Source: an uncultured Acidobacteriota bacterium
Lineage (GTDB): Bacteria > Acidobacteriota > UBA6911
Assembly (NCBI GenBank): GCA_963809485.1
Contig: CAWEJX010000020.1
Location: forward strand, 576,001 to 640,000
Direction: 5' to 3'
Length of the DNA: 64,000 bases
Both the position numbers and the translations under genes were made by a program. Shown piece by piece: positions 36,891 to 50,000 of the stretch (the first letter of the stretch is position 1; every line of letters begins with the position of its first letter). Under the pieces are notes generated by a model. The model worked only from the letters and a program-made list of their open reading frames with translations, had not been told where the DNA came from and made no database searches.

Positions 36891-38663
36891 ATGAATATCG
36901 GCGACAATTTGATGCTTCAGCCCCAGAGTCCCTTGCAGGATCTGCCTTCCGCAGATCCAAAGGAAGATTCATTCCGGGAAAATCTCCAGCTGCAGATCCA
37001 AGACTGGATCCAGACCGAAATACCCTCCTGGAAGCCGGACCGGAATTCAGGCTTTCAGCGCACCTCGCAGGCATTGACGGCGACAATACCGGGGAGCAGC
37101 AAAATGCCGGCGGGGCTGGTTTTTTTCAAGAATGTTTTCGATTCCTACTGGTCCGAAAAGGATCTTGCCCGGCTGGATGCCGCTGCCTATCCATGGATAC
37201 TGATGATCCTCAATCCCTGTGAACGCTTCAATGAATTCGAGGCCAGGCTCAGGGAGATCGCATCCAGTCTTCAGACTCTGCTGATCTGGCATCCCGACAC
37301 GCCATCCCGAACTGAGCTGGAAACGCTGCGCCGGCTTGTTTTCCCCGATTCCGGGCAGGGTGAAGGAGGACCTCCCGGAAGCAGGAGCCGCGAAACCATC
37401 CACCAGATCCTCACAAACCTCTATATCACTCGCGGCCAATTGACTGGAATCTCGGGAAAACTTTCTATTTCCGCCGAACTGGGAGGCCGAAATGTATGCC
37501 AATTTCTCTCGGCCCAGCTCGAGGCCCTTTCCACTAGGAAAGGCATGCCGGTTGCGGGGAGCGACAGGAATTCACCAAACACGGATGATGAAAACCAGGC
37601 GCTGCAGTGGGCTGCGCTGCTTGTGAACCGGTCCGATATTCACGAAAACGGCGTGCAATACGCGCGGGACCAATTGATCGAGTGGTGGATGAATGCAGTG
37701 GAAGGACTGTCCCGGAAACTGCCGGATTTTCCCGAGGCGTTCAGGACCACCCGTTTTTGGAATGAGATAAAATTCGTCGAGGGTCATGCACAGGCACTGA
37801 AGCCTGTATTTTACAACCTGCGGGGGGGCGCCTCCTCGTTCCAGGAATCGATGGATCTTATTGGCCGCCATTTCGCCTGGGACAGAGGGCGGATGTTGAA
37901 ATGGAGGCAGGCGCTGGACAACCTGGGGGGAGTGGCCCTATGGCTGCCGGCCTTCCTGCATTCTCAGGAATACGTGCGCAATGCATTCCCTTTAGGGCAA
38001 GAGGGCCCCGACAGGCTGCGCGCATGGCTGCTCCAGTCCATGCATGACCCCCTGGGCTTTCTCGAGGCCAAAAACAGGCAGGAGTTTGACGCAAAATTCC
38101 TGGAATTCAAGAGGAGCTACATGGATTGCTATCACTCCCTTCACGAGGATGCTCTGCACGTCATGAGCGGCCTCCGAAGAGAGGAGTCAAAGATAGATCC
38201 GGTATCGCTGCGGAATCTCGATTTGCTTTCCGGGCTGCAGTACACCGACAAGAGCTACCTGAACCGCGTGAAGGTCCTGGCAAAGTGGATTCAGCGGAAT
38301 CAATGCACGCTCCCCTTAAGGGATATCCTGGAACGCTATCCCCGGTGTTTCTGCAATTTCAACCCGTGCGGGAATCAGCAGACGGCAGTTTCAGTTTCCC
38401 AGATTAATGGAATCATCGAGGACGGGATTGAGTATTTCAGGAACATCCTTCGCAGGTGCGGATACCTCATCGTCGAGGATTTGAAGAGCGACCCAGTAGA
38501 TGATGACAGCCTGAGACAAATCAACTCGTTGTTGGGCGACGGCCCTATGCTTGCGCTGAAATCCGAAACCATCAAGAGGCTGAACCGAGTTATTCTGAAA
38601 AATCCCAGCGAATTTCTGACCGAAATGCGAAAGATTCAAAAAATCACCGGCGCCTCCCGGTAA
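36891..38663 (+). CDS. Hypothetical protein, C-terminal half resembles DUF6079 (BREX BrxC-like) C-terminus
   Basis: Long ORF; 'FKRSYMDCYHSLH...SLRNLDLLSGL...NQC...LERYPRCFCNFNP'; similarity judged from memory. Confidence 0.5.
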   Translation: MNIGDNLMLQPQSPLQDLPSADPKEDSFRENLQLQIQDWIQTEIPSWKPDRNSGFQRTSQALTATIPGSSKMPAGLVFFKNVFDSYWSEKDLARLDAAAYPWILMILNPCERFNEFEARLREIASSLQTLLIWHPDTPSRTELETLRRLVFPDSGQGEGGPPGSRSRETIHQILTNLYITRGQLTGISGKLSISAELGGRNVCQFLSAQLEALSTRKGMPVAGSDRNSPNTDDENQALQWAALLVNRSDIHENGVQYARDQLIEWWMNAVEGLSRKLPDFPEAFRTTRFWNEIKFVEGHAQALKPVFYNLRGGASSFQESMDLIGRHFAWDRGRMLKWRQALDNLGGVALWLPAFLHSQEYVRNAFPLGQEGPDRLRAWLLQSMHDPLGFLEAKNRQEFDAKFLEFKRSYMDCYHSLHEDALHVMSGLRREESKIDPVSLRNLDLLSGLQYTDKSYLNRVKVLAKWIQRNQCTLPLRDILERYPRCFCNFNPCGNQQTAVSVSQINGIIEDGIEYFRNILRRCGYLIVEDLKSDPVDDDSLRQINSLLGDGPMLALKSETIKRLNRVILKNPSEFLTEMRKIQKITGASR

Positions 38664-38915
38664 TTCTCCGCCATTCGCCGGGGTATTCGACCATACCGCC
38701 CGATCCCAAATCCCTGGAACACGAATTTCACGCACTCGCAATCCTGGTGAGAAGGATGTATCTCCCTTCGATTTTTGTGAGAACGGGCCTCCAGAGACCG
38801 TCTCAAAACGATTGCCATGAGATCCTCGTCGGCAGTTTTGAGCAAGTCTCTCCAGACTCGTCCTTACAAAAAATTTCGGGTAAGGGTTTTTGTTATTTAC
38901 CGAAGGATTCAGTAC

Positions 38916-40097
38916 TCAGGCTCCCTGGCTTCCCTGGTAGAAAGCCGCGATGGAGCTTACGACATAGTCTTGCTGTTCTTCGGTGAGTTCGGGATATACC
39001 GGCAAAGCCAGGACTTCCTTCGAAGCGGCATGCGCGCGTGGCAGATCGCCGTAGCTATATCCGAGGTAGCGGAAACACTCCTGTTCGTGCAGCGAAACCG
39101 GGTAATACACATCGGTGCCAATTCCGGCAGCCTTCAAAGCGGCCTGCAATCCGTCGCGCCGTCTGCAACGGATCATGTATTGATGAAATATGTGAGAGCG
39201 ATTGGGCAGCATAACCGGAGGAGTCACAGAAGAGAGCAGGCCGGCGGACTTGATCTTTTCACCGTAGCGCAGCGCGTGTTGCCGGCGGCCATCGGACCAG
39301 GAGCGGAGATAAGGCAGTTTCACCCGCAGAACCGCTGCCTGGAGTTCGTCGAGCCGGCTGTTGAATCCGACCAGGGAATGATAGTACTTGGGCTGCATTC
39401 CATGAGTCCGCAGCAGGCGGACCCGTTCGGCCAGTTGAGGATCGGAGGTGATGACCATGCCGCCATCCCCGGCTCCGCCCAGGTTCTTGGATGGGAAAAA
39501 ACTGAAGCAGCCCAGGTCCCCCATGGATCCGGCGCATTGCTCCCCGTAAGTCGCGCCAATGGCCTGGCAGGCATCCTCAACGACAGGCAGGCTGTAACGC
39601 CGGGCTATTTCCAGAATTTCATCCATGTCCGCACATTGGCCATAAAGATGAACAGGCACCATCGCTTTGATGGCTGCGCCCGAGGCTTTATGAACCAGGC
39701 TGCCGGCTTTTGAGCCGGCCGTGCACTCCCGATCCAGGAATGAAGACAAGCTCAGCGGATCCATATTGAAACCGGCTTCTTCGATGTCCACAAATACGGG
39801 CCGGGCCCCCAGGTTCACGACCACGCCTGCCGTGGCAAAAAAAGTGAAGGGCACGGTTACAACCGCATCCCCGGGTCCCACACCAAGGGCTTTGAGAGAA
39901 AGCAGAAGTGCGTCGGTTCCCGACGCGACGCCTATGGCGAATGGAACTCCGCAATAATCCGCAATCTCCTTTTCGAGTGCGGCGACATGAGTTCCCAACA
40001 CGAAACGCTGGCTCGAAAAAACTTCGTCCACAGCAGCCTGTACTTTACCCTTGATCGTCGCATACTGAGCCTGCAGATCGAGCAACGGCACATTCAT
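38916..40097 (-). CDS. DegT/DnrJ/EryC1/StrS family aminotransferase
   Basis: 'VPLLDL', 'SGTDAL', 'VHLYGQ', 'EDACQAIG', 'SFFPSKNLG..GDGG', 'NSRLDELQAA'. Confidence 0.93.
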   Translation of the reverse strand: MNVPLLDLQAQYATIKGKVQAAVDEVFSSQRFVLGTHVAALEKEIADYCGVPFAIGVASGTDALLLSLKALGVGPGDAVVTVPFTFFATAGVVVNLGARPVFVDIEEAGFNMDPLSLSSFLDRECTAGSKAGSLVHKASGAAIKAMVPVHLYGQCADMDEILEIARRYSLPVVEDACQAIGATYGEQCAGSMGDLGCFSFFPSKNLGGAGDGGMVITSDPQLAERVRLLRTHGMQPKYYHSLVGFNSRLDELQAAVLRVKLPYLRSWSDGRRQHALRYGEKIKSAGLLSSVTPPVMLPNRSHIFHQYMIRCRRRDGLQAALKAAGIGTDVYYPVSLHEQECFRYLGYSYGDLPRAHAASKEVLALPVYPELTEEQQDYVVSSIAAFYQGSQGA

Positions 40098-40312
40098 GCA
40101 TCACCTCCGGCCGCAAGATCATATCACAGGCGGAAATGACTCAGGAGACAATTGGAATTCAGGGCGAAAAACAACAGCCGCGGCAAACAACTGAAAATCT
40201 GCCTGCCATCGGCCATCGTCGAGTGCTTCCGGCGCAAACCTGATTCCCGGTCCGCGGGCTTTTGACTTTTTTCCCTAAGAAAATGCCTCCATCCGGCGTC
40301 TAATAAGTAGTG

Positions 40313-40545
40313 GTCAGGTACCTCCGGCAAAGCCGGAGGCAAGATTTGAACCGCTCAAAGCGGTTGGACTAGTTACGCCGGTCTTGAACGCTGACGTACG
40401 CGGGCAAAAGCCGATGAGGCGCTTCCGACCCTCGCCGAACAAATCGGCGTTTGTCAGCGCTTTTATCAGCGTTTCTCAGCGTTTCAAAATACGGAGCTGT
40501 CAAACTCTTTGAGTCCCCCGGCAGAGCCGGGAGTTTACCAATGTA
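40313..40545 (-). mobile_element. Non-autonomous IS200/IS605-type palindromic element, copy 6 (internally deleted)
   Basis: Same ends; flank TAAT; small deletion removes the RE guide. Confidence 0.85.
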
Positions 40546-40582
40546 ATTATGAGGAACCACCTATTTTCGGAGGCGGCTGGCC

Positions 40583-43500
40583 ATGATCAAGAACAGATAC
40601 ACCCCGATTTTACTGATACTCGTTGCGCTGTTTCTGAGCCTCGGATTTGCGGCAAGCATGAAATGCGGCCCTTTTCTGGAAGGACGGGACCAGGGACCCG
40701 CCGCGGCCAAACCTGTGGACTGGAGCGGCAATTACACCGAGGGCTGGCAAAAATTCGAGGCGATGACCAAAGAGCAGAAATACGAAGCGGCTTCCGCCCT
40801 GGTGGAAAAGATGCTCACTGCAGCCCGAGCCGCGAAGAACAGCACCGAATGGACGCGCTGCCTGATTCGCTACACACAACTCCGCATGGCGCTGCACGGC
40901 TATGAAACGGCGGTACGCTTTTTGAAAGAACAGCCCTGGCCTGAGGACTGGGCCGGCGCTTCGGTTTTGAACCTGTTTTACGCCCAGTCTCTGGTCACTT
41001 ATGCCCGCAATTATTCCTGGGAGATCAACCAGCGCGAAAGGATGGATACAAAAGGCGTCGTGGACCTCAAGGCCTGGACGCGCGAACAGATTTACGAAGA
41101 GGCACAAAAGGCCTACGAATATGTCTGGAGCTTGCGCGGCCGCCTCGGCGCCCTGCCTGTCCAGCAATGGAAAGAATACATCACGCCCAACAGCTACCCG
41201 GCCGGCATCCGGCCTACGCTTCGGGATGCCATTTCCTATTTGCGGGTCGAAATGCTTGCCGACACGAACGGCTGGCGGCCCGAACAATTGAACGAGATCT
41301 ATCGTTTGAATCTGAAGGCCCTGGCCGGAAGCGCCCCTGAGGAGATTTCGCTCATCGATCCGGCCCGTCACCCGATTGAAAAGATCTGCTTGATCCTGAA
41401 CGACCTGGAACAATGGCACTTCGGCAGGAAAGAGCGGGAAGCCGCCCTGGAAGCGAGGCTCGAACGCTGCCGGCGCCTCCACGAGCATTTCAATGAGGCC
41501 GAAGACAGGCTATTTATCCGGAGTGATCTGGCGGAGAGGTTGAAAGCATTCACCGACGTGCCGTGGTGGTCCGAGGGAATGGCACAGCTGGCGGAATTTA
41601 TCCGGACCGGGGATGAGCCGGACGCTCTGGTGCGCGCCCGGCAGATAGCGCTCCGAGGCAAAGCGGCATTCCCGGAGTCCGTTGGAGGCAGGCACTGTCT
41701 TGCCATCGAGAAGACCATCGAGGCCCCCGACTATTCCATCAGCGGAATGCACAACGACAATCCGCTGAAAAAATCCATCCTGGTGACGCATAAAAACCTG
41801 GGGAAAGTCTATTTCAAAGCTTACCCCATCGACCTTCTGGAAACGATCGAGACCTCGAACGACTACAACCTCCTGCCCTCGGGCGGCGATCTCGAAAAGC
41901 TCATGGCCGGTGCCTCCCCGGTACAGCAATGGGAAGTGCCACTGCCGGCCACTACCGATTACGGGTTGCACAAGACCTATGTCATTCCCCCCATGACAAG
42001 GCCCGGAGCTTACCTGATCGTTGCCTCCGCCCGTCCGGGTTTTCCGAAATCCGAAAACAAACTGCAGGGACTCTATATGACGGTGGGCGACCTGGTTCTG
42101 GTTACCCGTCATGAGGGCACCGATGCTCAAGTCACGGTACTTTCCGGTTCCTCCGGCAATGCCGTGGCCGGAGCGGAGGTGATGCTGTATCGCTATGACT
42201 GGAACAAAAGCCATCAGCGGGTCCAGTCCATGAGGAGTGACCAACGCGGCATTGCTTCGTTCCATGTCGGGCAGGCGGGTTCCCCCTATTTTATTCTTGC
42301 CCGGAATGCCGATCAGGTTTCCTATGACCCTCAGCAGCTCTATTTTAATCAACAGAGCGCTCCGGGCGGACGAAGCGGAACGCTGCTTTTCACCGACCGC
42401 AGCATCTACCGGCCCCTGCAGAAGGTTTTATGGAAGGCCGTTTTTTACACCGGAAAGCCGGATGGGATTCACTTTGAAACCTTGCCTGCCGGAACATTCA
42501 CCGTTTCCCTGAAGGATCTCAATCACCAGGTTGTGGAATCCAAAACGGTGACGGCCAACAGCTACGGAACCGCCTCCGGGGAATTCAATATCCCTTCAGG
42601 CCGGGCGCTCGGGGAGTGGTACCTGGAAAGCTCCCGCAATGGCCAGACACGAATCCGCATCGAAGAGTACAAGCGGCCCACCTTCGAAACCAAAATGCTG
42701 GATCCGGAGGAACCGCTGCGTCTCAATCAGCCTGCCCGCTTGAAGGGTGAGGCCAAATATTATTTCGGCCTTCCCGTGACAAGCGGCCAGGTGAAATGGC
42801 TGGTGCGGCGCGAACCGGTATACCCCTGGTGGTGGAGCTACTGCTGGTGGGGGAATTATGGCCGCAGTTCTTCCGCGTCCCATGTGATCGCCAGCGGGAC
42901 TGCCGCTTTACGGGAAGATGGGACCTTCTCATTTTCCTTTTCACCGGAAATCGACGAGAGGCTGGGCCGGAACAAAGAGATTACCTACCGGTACTCTGTT
43001 TCCGCAGATGTGACGGATGAAGGGGGAGAAACACGTTCGGCCTCGCGATCTTTCCGGCTTGGGTTTGTTTCTGTTGAAGCTTCCGCCAGTCTGGGACGGT
43101 CCTTTTTCCTCCAGGATGATCCCATAAGTATTGGCATAATGCGCACCACCCTGGACGGCGTACCAAGAGCCGGCAAGGGAACCTGGCGGATTGCCGCCCT
43201 GAAAGGTCCATCGGAAGCACTTCTGCCCGCTGAACAGCCTCTGTTCATTCCCGAGGGCATAAAGGCAAAAAACGAGTACCAAATCCCGGGCGACCTGGAA
43301 CGGGAACGGTGGATTCATTCCTACAGCGCAGAGGCGGCACTTCTCCAATGGGAAGAAGGCTCGGTCCAGGCATCGGGCGCCGTTTCGCACGATTCAGGCG
43401 GAGAGACGAAAATCACGGTCCCTCATCTGCCTGCCGGCGCCCACCGCCTGATTTACGAGACAGTGGATGATTACGGTTCAAAATGCGAGATGCGCAAGAA

Positions 43501-46500
43501 TTTCGTTGTTGCCGCTCCCACTATGAAGCTGCCTCTGCCGGCGATGCTTTTGATTGAAAATGCCTCGGTCAACGTCGGGGGTACGGCCCGCATTCTGGCG
43601 CACACGGGAATCAGAAATCAGCATGTCGTCCTTGAGATCTACCGCGACGGGAAACGCATACAGCGCAGGGAGATGAGATCCGGGAAGGATCCCTCCATCA
43701 TCGAACTTGCCCTAGCGGAACAGGACCGCGGAGGGCTGGGCGTTACCATGACGCTTGTACGCGACAATCAGATGATGCAGCTCGAGAGCTCTTTGATGGT
43801 TCCCTGGGACGACAGGCAGCTCAAGGTTGAGTTCTCGACCTTCCGGGACCGCCTTCGTCCCGGTAAGCAGGAGAGCTGGAGCGTCAAGGTTACCGGGCCT
43901 GCGGGCAAAGATGTCGCAATCCCGGCAGCCGAACTGCTGGCCTATATGTACGACCGCAGCCTCGACGCCTTTGTCCCCCATTCCCCCGCCAATCCTCTGA
44001 GCCTGTTTCCCTACCGGGCGCGTTCGGTCCATGCCTATGCCAACCTTCGGGAGGCAGGCACTCTCTGGATTGACAGCCACGGGTTCAATCCAGTGGTTGC
44101 CGTACCGGCCCTTGCCGGAGATCAGCTGCAGTTTTACAGCGGCTACGGAATCGGCGGAGTGGGAAGGAGGATGAGAGGCCGGGGCGGGATTGTGGGAGGC
44201 AACGCGATGGAAATGGCTGCAGACATGGCCTACAAAGCGGCTCCCGCCCTGCAGGCAAGCACTGTTGCCGAGTCCGGGGAAAGAGAAAAAAAAGACGAGC
44301 AAGCGGAAGCAAGAACCAGCCCGCCCATCGAGCTGCGCAGCGACTTCAGCGAAACCGCTTTCTGGCATCCGCACCTTCTCACCAATGCGGATGGATCGGT
44401 GACCTTCGAATTCAAAGTCCCCGATTCGGTCACTTCCTGGAACGTCTGGGTTCACGCCGTCACACGCGACCTGAAATCGGGTTCCGTGACCCGGGAAGCC
44501 CGCAGTGTCAAAGAGCTGATGGTGCGTCCTTACCTGCCCCGCTTCCTGCGCGAAGGCGACCAGGCGGAAATCAAGGTGGTTGTGAACAATGCCTCCGAAA
44601 GGGAGCTGAAGGGAGAGCTAAAATTCGACATTATCGATGTGGCAACCGGGCAGAGCCTGCTTACTCAATTCGGTGTTTCTGAATCCTCAGCGGGCAACAG
44701 GCTTTTCACCGTTCCCGCAGGCGGGGGCACAAATCTCGTATTTCCCGTCACCACTCCATCCAAAGTGAGGCAGATTGCTTTCAAGGTCACGGCCACCTCC
44801 GGCGATTTTTCCGATGGTGAACTGCGCCCCGTGCCGATCCTTCCCGGGCGGATGCACCTCATGCAGTCCCGTTTCGTTACCCTGAAAGAACAGTCCAGGC
44901 GGGTGATGCGCTTTGATGACCTGGCGCGCAACGACGATCCGACGCGAATCAACGAGCAGATGGTGGTGACGCTGGATGCTCAGCTTTTCTATTCTGTGCT
45001 TTCGGCCCTTCCCTACCTGGTAAATTATCCATACGAATGCACCGAGCAGACGCTCAACCGCTTCGTCTCAACCGGCATCCTGTCGTCCCTGTACCGGCAA
45101 TACCCGGCTATCGATCGCATGGCGAAGGAATTCTCTTCCCGGCAGACCCGATTCGAGCAATGGGACGCCTCGGATCCCAACCGCAAGATGGCATTGGAGG
45201 AAACTCCCTGGCTGGAAATGGCACAGGGGGGCGCGGAAAAATCCTCCGACCTTATCAACGTGCTGGATTCCCGCGTCGCCAAAGCTCAGCGGGAAGCGGC
45301 GCTGGCTGCGCTGCGCAAAGCACAGACATCCAGCGGCGGATTTCCATGGTTCCCGGGCGGACCGCCTTCGCCTTACATGACGCTCTATATCCTTTATGGA
45401 TTCTCCAAGGCGCTCGAATTCGGCGTGGAGGTTCCGCGCGACACGGTGAAACCGGCCTGGGAGTATATGCACCGGCATTACCTGGACGAAATCGTCAAAG
45501 ACATGGTTTCCCGCGATTGCTGCTGGGAATTTGTCACGTTCATCAACTACGTTCTTTCCAACTATCCCGAAAGCTCCTGGTACGAGAGATTCTTTTACAC
45601 CGGCAGAGCGGAAAACCATGCTCGATTTCAGCTTCAAGCACTGGCGGTCTCACAGCCCCTATCTGAAAGGCTATCTGGCTCTCACCCTGAAACGCATGGA
45701 CCGTCCCCGGGACGCCATGCTGGTGTGGGAAAGCGTGATGGATTCCGCGAAAACCGCCGAAGATCAGGGGACCTTCTGGGCGCCGGAAGACCGCGCCTGG
45801 CTCTGGTACAACGACACCATCGAAACCCACGCTTTCGCAATCCGGACCGAGATGGAGCTGATCCCCCAGGACCCGAAACTGGACGGCCTGGTGCTCTGGA
45901 TTTTCCTGAACAAGAAGATGAACCACTGGAAATCCACCCGGGCTACCGCCGAGGTCATCTATTCTCTGGCACACTACCTGAAACAGTCCGGCCAGCTGGG
46001 ATTGCGTGAGGATGCAACCGTAACGGTGGGGGGTCAAAAAAGCTCGTTTGTATTCGAACCCGATCAATTCACGGGAAAGAAAAACCAGCTGGTCATCCCC
46101 GGAGAGAAGATCGATCCCTTAACGGCCTCGACTATTACGGTCGAGAAAACGGGCAAGACGCACCTGTTCGCATCGGCCACATGGCATTTTTCCACAGAAC
46201 AGCTCCCGGAGCAGGAGCAGGGGGATTACCTGCGGTTGTCCCGCAGATATTTCAAGAGATTAAACACCGGCAGGGAATTTGTTCTGCAGCCGCTGCAGGA
46301 AGGGGCGACCCTGGCTCCAGGCGACGAGGTGGAAGTCCAGCTGTCGCTGACAAGCAAACACCCGATGGAGTACGTTCACCTGCGCGACCCGCGCGCAGCG
46401 GGTTTCGAGCCCTCCTCGAACCTCTCGAAGCATAAATGGGACCTCGGCATCAGCTGGTATGAGGAAATCAGAGACTCCGGGACGAATTTCTTCTTCGAGA

Positions 46501-46649
46501 ATCTGCCGCAGGGCGAATACACTTTCAAGTACCGTATACGCGCGGCGACGGGGGGAACTTTCAAGGTGGCGCCCGCGACCGTGCAGCCCATGTACGCGCC
46601 TGAATTCGCCGCCTACAGCGCCGGAGCCGCGCTGAAGATAGCGAACTGA
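40583..46649 (+). CDS. Alpha-2-macroglobulin family protein, split by a +1 frameshift near 45592-45596
   Basis: 'TDRSIYRP', 'IEEYKRP.FE', 'LRSDFSETAFW', 'PRFLREGD', thioester 'YPYECTEQ', C-terminal 'DPRAAGFEP', 'MYAPEF'; frames 40583-46009 and 45531-46649 join at TTCTTTTACA. Confidence 0.88.
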
Positions 46650-47030
46650 ACTTGGGGCCGGAGCCGTCGAGTGTTTGGGTATGTGAGCCCGTCGTCATCC
46701 CTCGACGGTTCCGGCAGGCAGAAAAGCCTTTCAAGCAATCCGCACATCAAAATGCTTGAACAAAACCTTCGGTCATGAAATACTCGGCCGGTCTATGAAT
46801 ACGCTGCCAACATTTCTCTTCTCAGGATTCACCTGACGCTAGCCTCCAAGCGTCGGGCCGCCGTTTTTTATTAATCCCACATATCACCCAGGTCCTTCGG
46901 TTCGTCTCGAGAGCCGCTCTTTCACTTATCGACTCTTGTTCCAGACATCCCGGATCTGAATCGCAATGAACGGACATCCGGCCATGAAGCCAGGCAGCTT
47001 AGCTCATGTGTCCGGAGGGAGGGAATTCCA

Positions 47031-50000
47031 ATGAGTATGAGAGAGATTTCACGTAAAAGCGCACATTTATTTTGTCTTTATGCCGTATGCGCCCTTCTGG
47101 CAGCCCAGGCATATGCCCAGGTCACTTCCCTGTCAGGATCGGTAACGGATCCCAAAGGAGCCATAGTACCAGGGGTGACTCTTTCGCTGACCAGCGCCTC
47201 GGGCGCTGAACGTACGACCGTCACCAATGAAACCGGGGCCTATCGGTTTCTCCAACTGGCCCCCGGCCCCTATGCACTGAAAACGGAGCTGAAGGGATTC
47301 AAAACATTAAAGCAGAATGTCGACCTGCTCGTCGACACACCGGCTACTCTGGACCTTCACCTGGAGGTTGGCGAGATCAGCGAAACAGTAACCGTCGAGG
47401 CGGACGCCTCGATTCTGAATGTCCAGGATGCCGCGTTGGGCAATGCGTTTGAAGGCATGCGAATACGGCAGCTGCCGCTGCAGGACAGAAATGTCACGAA
47501 CCTTTTGACCCTTCAGGCCGGCGTCACACCCGAAGGATATGTGAGCGGCGCCCGCAGCGATCAGAACAATCTCACCCTGGACGGCATCGACATCAACGAT
47601 CAGCAGGGCGGAGACTGGACTAACTCCGTGCTGCGCGTGACACCCGATTCTGTCCAGGAATTCAAAATGACCACCAACATCGCGAATGCCGCGCAGGGAC
47701 GATCCGCCGGTGGACAGATATCCCTGATCACCCGGACGGGAACCAACGATTTCCACGGCTCGCTCTACTACTCCAACCGCAGCACAAGTACTACGGCCAA
47801 CGACTTCTTCAACAATCGGGCGGGATTGCCGCGTCCTGAGTTGAGGCGGGACCTGTTTGGCGGCTCCCTGGGAGGGCCGATCCTCAAGGACCGCGTTTTC
47901 TTCTTTTACAATTATGAAGGACGGAGGGACGACAAAGAAACCGTGGTCGGCCCGCAGGTTGTTCCGCTCGCGAGCCTTGGACAAGGCACCATTAAATACA
48001 CCAATACAGCGGGCGGCATCACCACTTTGACGGCGGAGGATCTTATCGATATTTACCCGGTCGGCCTCAATCCGGCAACCCTCGAGATGCTGGCCGATGC
48101 TGCACGAAAATATCCCGCCAACGACACGGGCGTCGGTGACGGGCTTAACATCAGCGGCTATCGTTTCAACGCGGCCACTCCGCTGCACTACAACGCGCAC
48201 ACAGCCACCATGAATTTCAACCTGACAAGAGATGCCCGCCACACTCTGCTGGTTCGGGGCAATTATCAGCACGATTTGACCGTTGGCGCCCCGCAATTCC
48301 CCGACACGCCGGGCAGCAACCTTTGGAGCCATCCCATAGCTATCGCAGCCCAGCACACCTGGACGGCAACCCCACGGCTGGTAAACACGCTTCGTGTCGG
48401 ATTGACACGCGAAGCCTATTCACAGCAAGGCGATTCGTCGGACAACCAGATCGGGTTCCGGTTCGTATATTGGCCCAAGGCTTACACGCGTACGCTGGAC
48501 AAAACCGTTCCCGTGTGGAATTTTGTAGACGATGTAGCCTGGGTGAAGGGAAATCACACTTTTGCGTTCGGCGGCAACGTCCGCATTGTGCGCAACCAAC
48601 GATCGTCGCTTGCGAGTTCGTTCGACGAAGCAAATACCAATCCGACCTGGTATGACGAATCCGGCGCCGTATTGACCGCCCCTTTCACCGATATTGCCGG
48701 GAGCGAATCCGACCTTCAGGGCGCCATCGCCGCGATCATAGGACGATATTCCTATTACAGCGGCAAATTCAACTTTGGTCCGAGTGGCAACCTCCTGCCC
48801 GCCGGCGCCGCGGTCGACAGGAATTTTGCCACCGAAGAATACGAGATGTACGCCCAGGACATATGGCGCGTGCGGCCGGACCTCACGCTCACGCTGGGAT
48901 TGCGTTACAGCCTGGACCGGCCTGTTTACGAAAGCAGCGGGCTGGAAGTGAAGCCTGCGCCGGGCCTCTCGGAGATTTTCGAAAATCGCTTTGCCTCAGC
49001 CGCCAACGGCGTTCCCTACAATGAACTCGTGACCCTTAATAAATCCGGGCCAGCGAACGGCGAACCCGGCATGTATGCGTGGGACAAGAACAATTTCGCC
49101 CCGCGCATGGGCTTTGCCTGGCAGCCAAGCTTCGACAATGGCGTTTTAAAAACAATCTTTGGCACCGGACAGAAATCGGTCATTCGGGGAGGCTTCAGCA
49201 TGGCCTATGATCATATCGGCAGCGCCCTGGCCGTCACCTTCGATCTGAACAACATGCTCGGCTTCTCATCTTCCCAGGAAATCACCGCCAATACTTACAA
49301 TGTCACCGATCGCCCCGGTCCTCTTTTCACCGGCTATAACCAGGATATCCGTGCTCTGCCCGGAATCGTCATCCCGTCCAGTCTGGAATTTCCATTGTCC
49401 CAACCGGCGGACGGCGAGGCTCGAATAGAGTGGTCGCTGGACGATTCCCTGAAATCGCCGGTAAATTACATGCTGAATTTTTCCATTGCGCGCGAGTTCT
49501 CCCGCGGTCTGACGGTGGAAGCCTCCTATGTAGGCCGCATGGCGCGGAACCTTATGGCTCAGCGGGATGCCATGATGCCGAACAACCTTGTGGATAAAAA
49601 ATCCGGTATGGACTGGTATACAGCTGCGGGCCTTCTTTACGACTTGCGCTGGAATAACGTGCCCATAGATCAGGTGCAGCCGATTGCCTACTTTGAAAAC
49701 CTGTTCCCGGATTATCGGAGGTGGGATTTGCCGACGGCGACTCAAAGCGTTTACAGCAGGGTATCGAGGGACGGATCCGATGTTCCAGACTGGACTTACA
49801 TTCAGCTGAAGCTCAACGATTCGGGGATTTATCCGGCGATGTTCTATCAGCCCCAATATGGAGCTCTTGCTGTGTGGAGCACCGTCGCGTATTCGGACTA
49901 TCATGCAGGAACCATCAGCGTGCGCGAGCGATTCAGGAACAGCCTCAATCTGGATTTCAACTATACCTTCGGCAAATCCATCGACAACGCCTCCGGGCTC

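Noticed and set aside
45531-45600. Programmed frameshifting or phase variation in A2M and yedE
   Set aside because: The runs are too short (T4; none in yedE) and no slippery heptamer was seen; several +1 indels in one window favour consensus error
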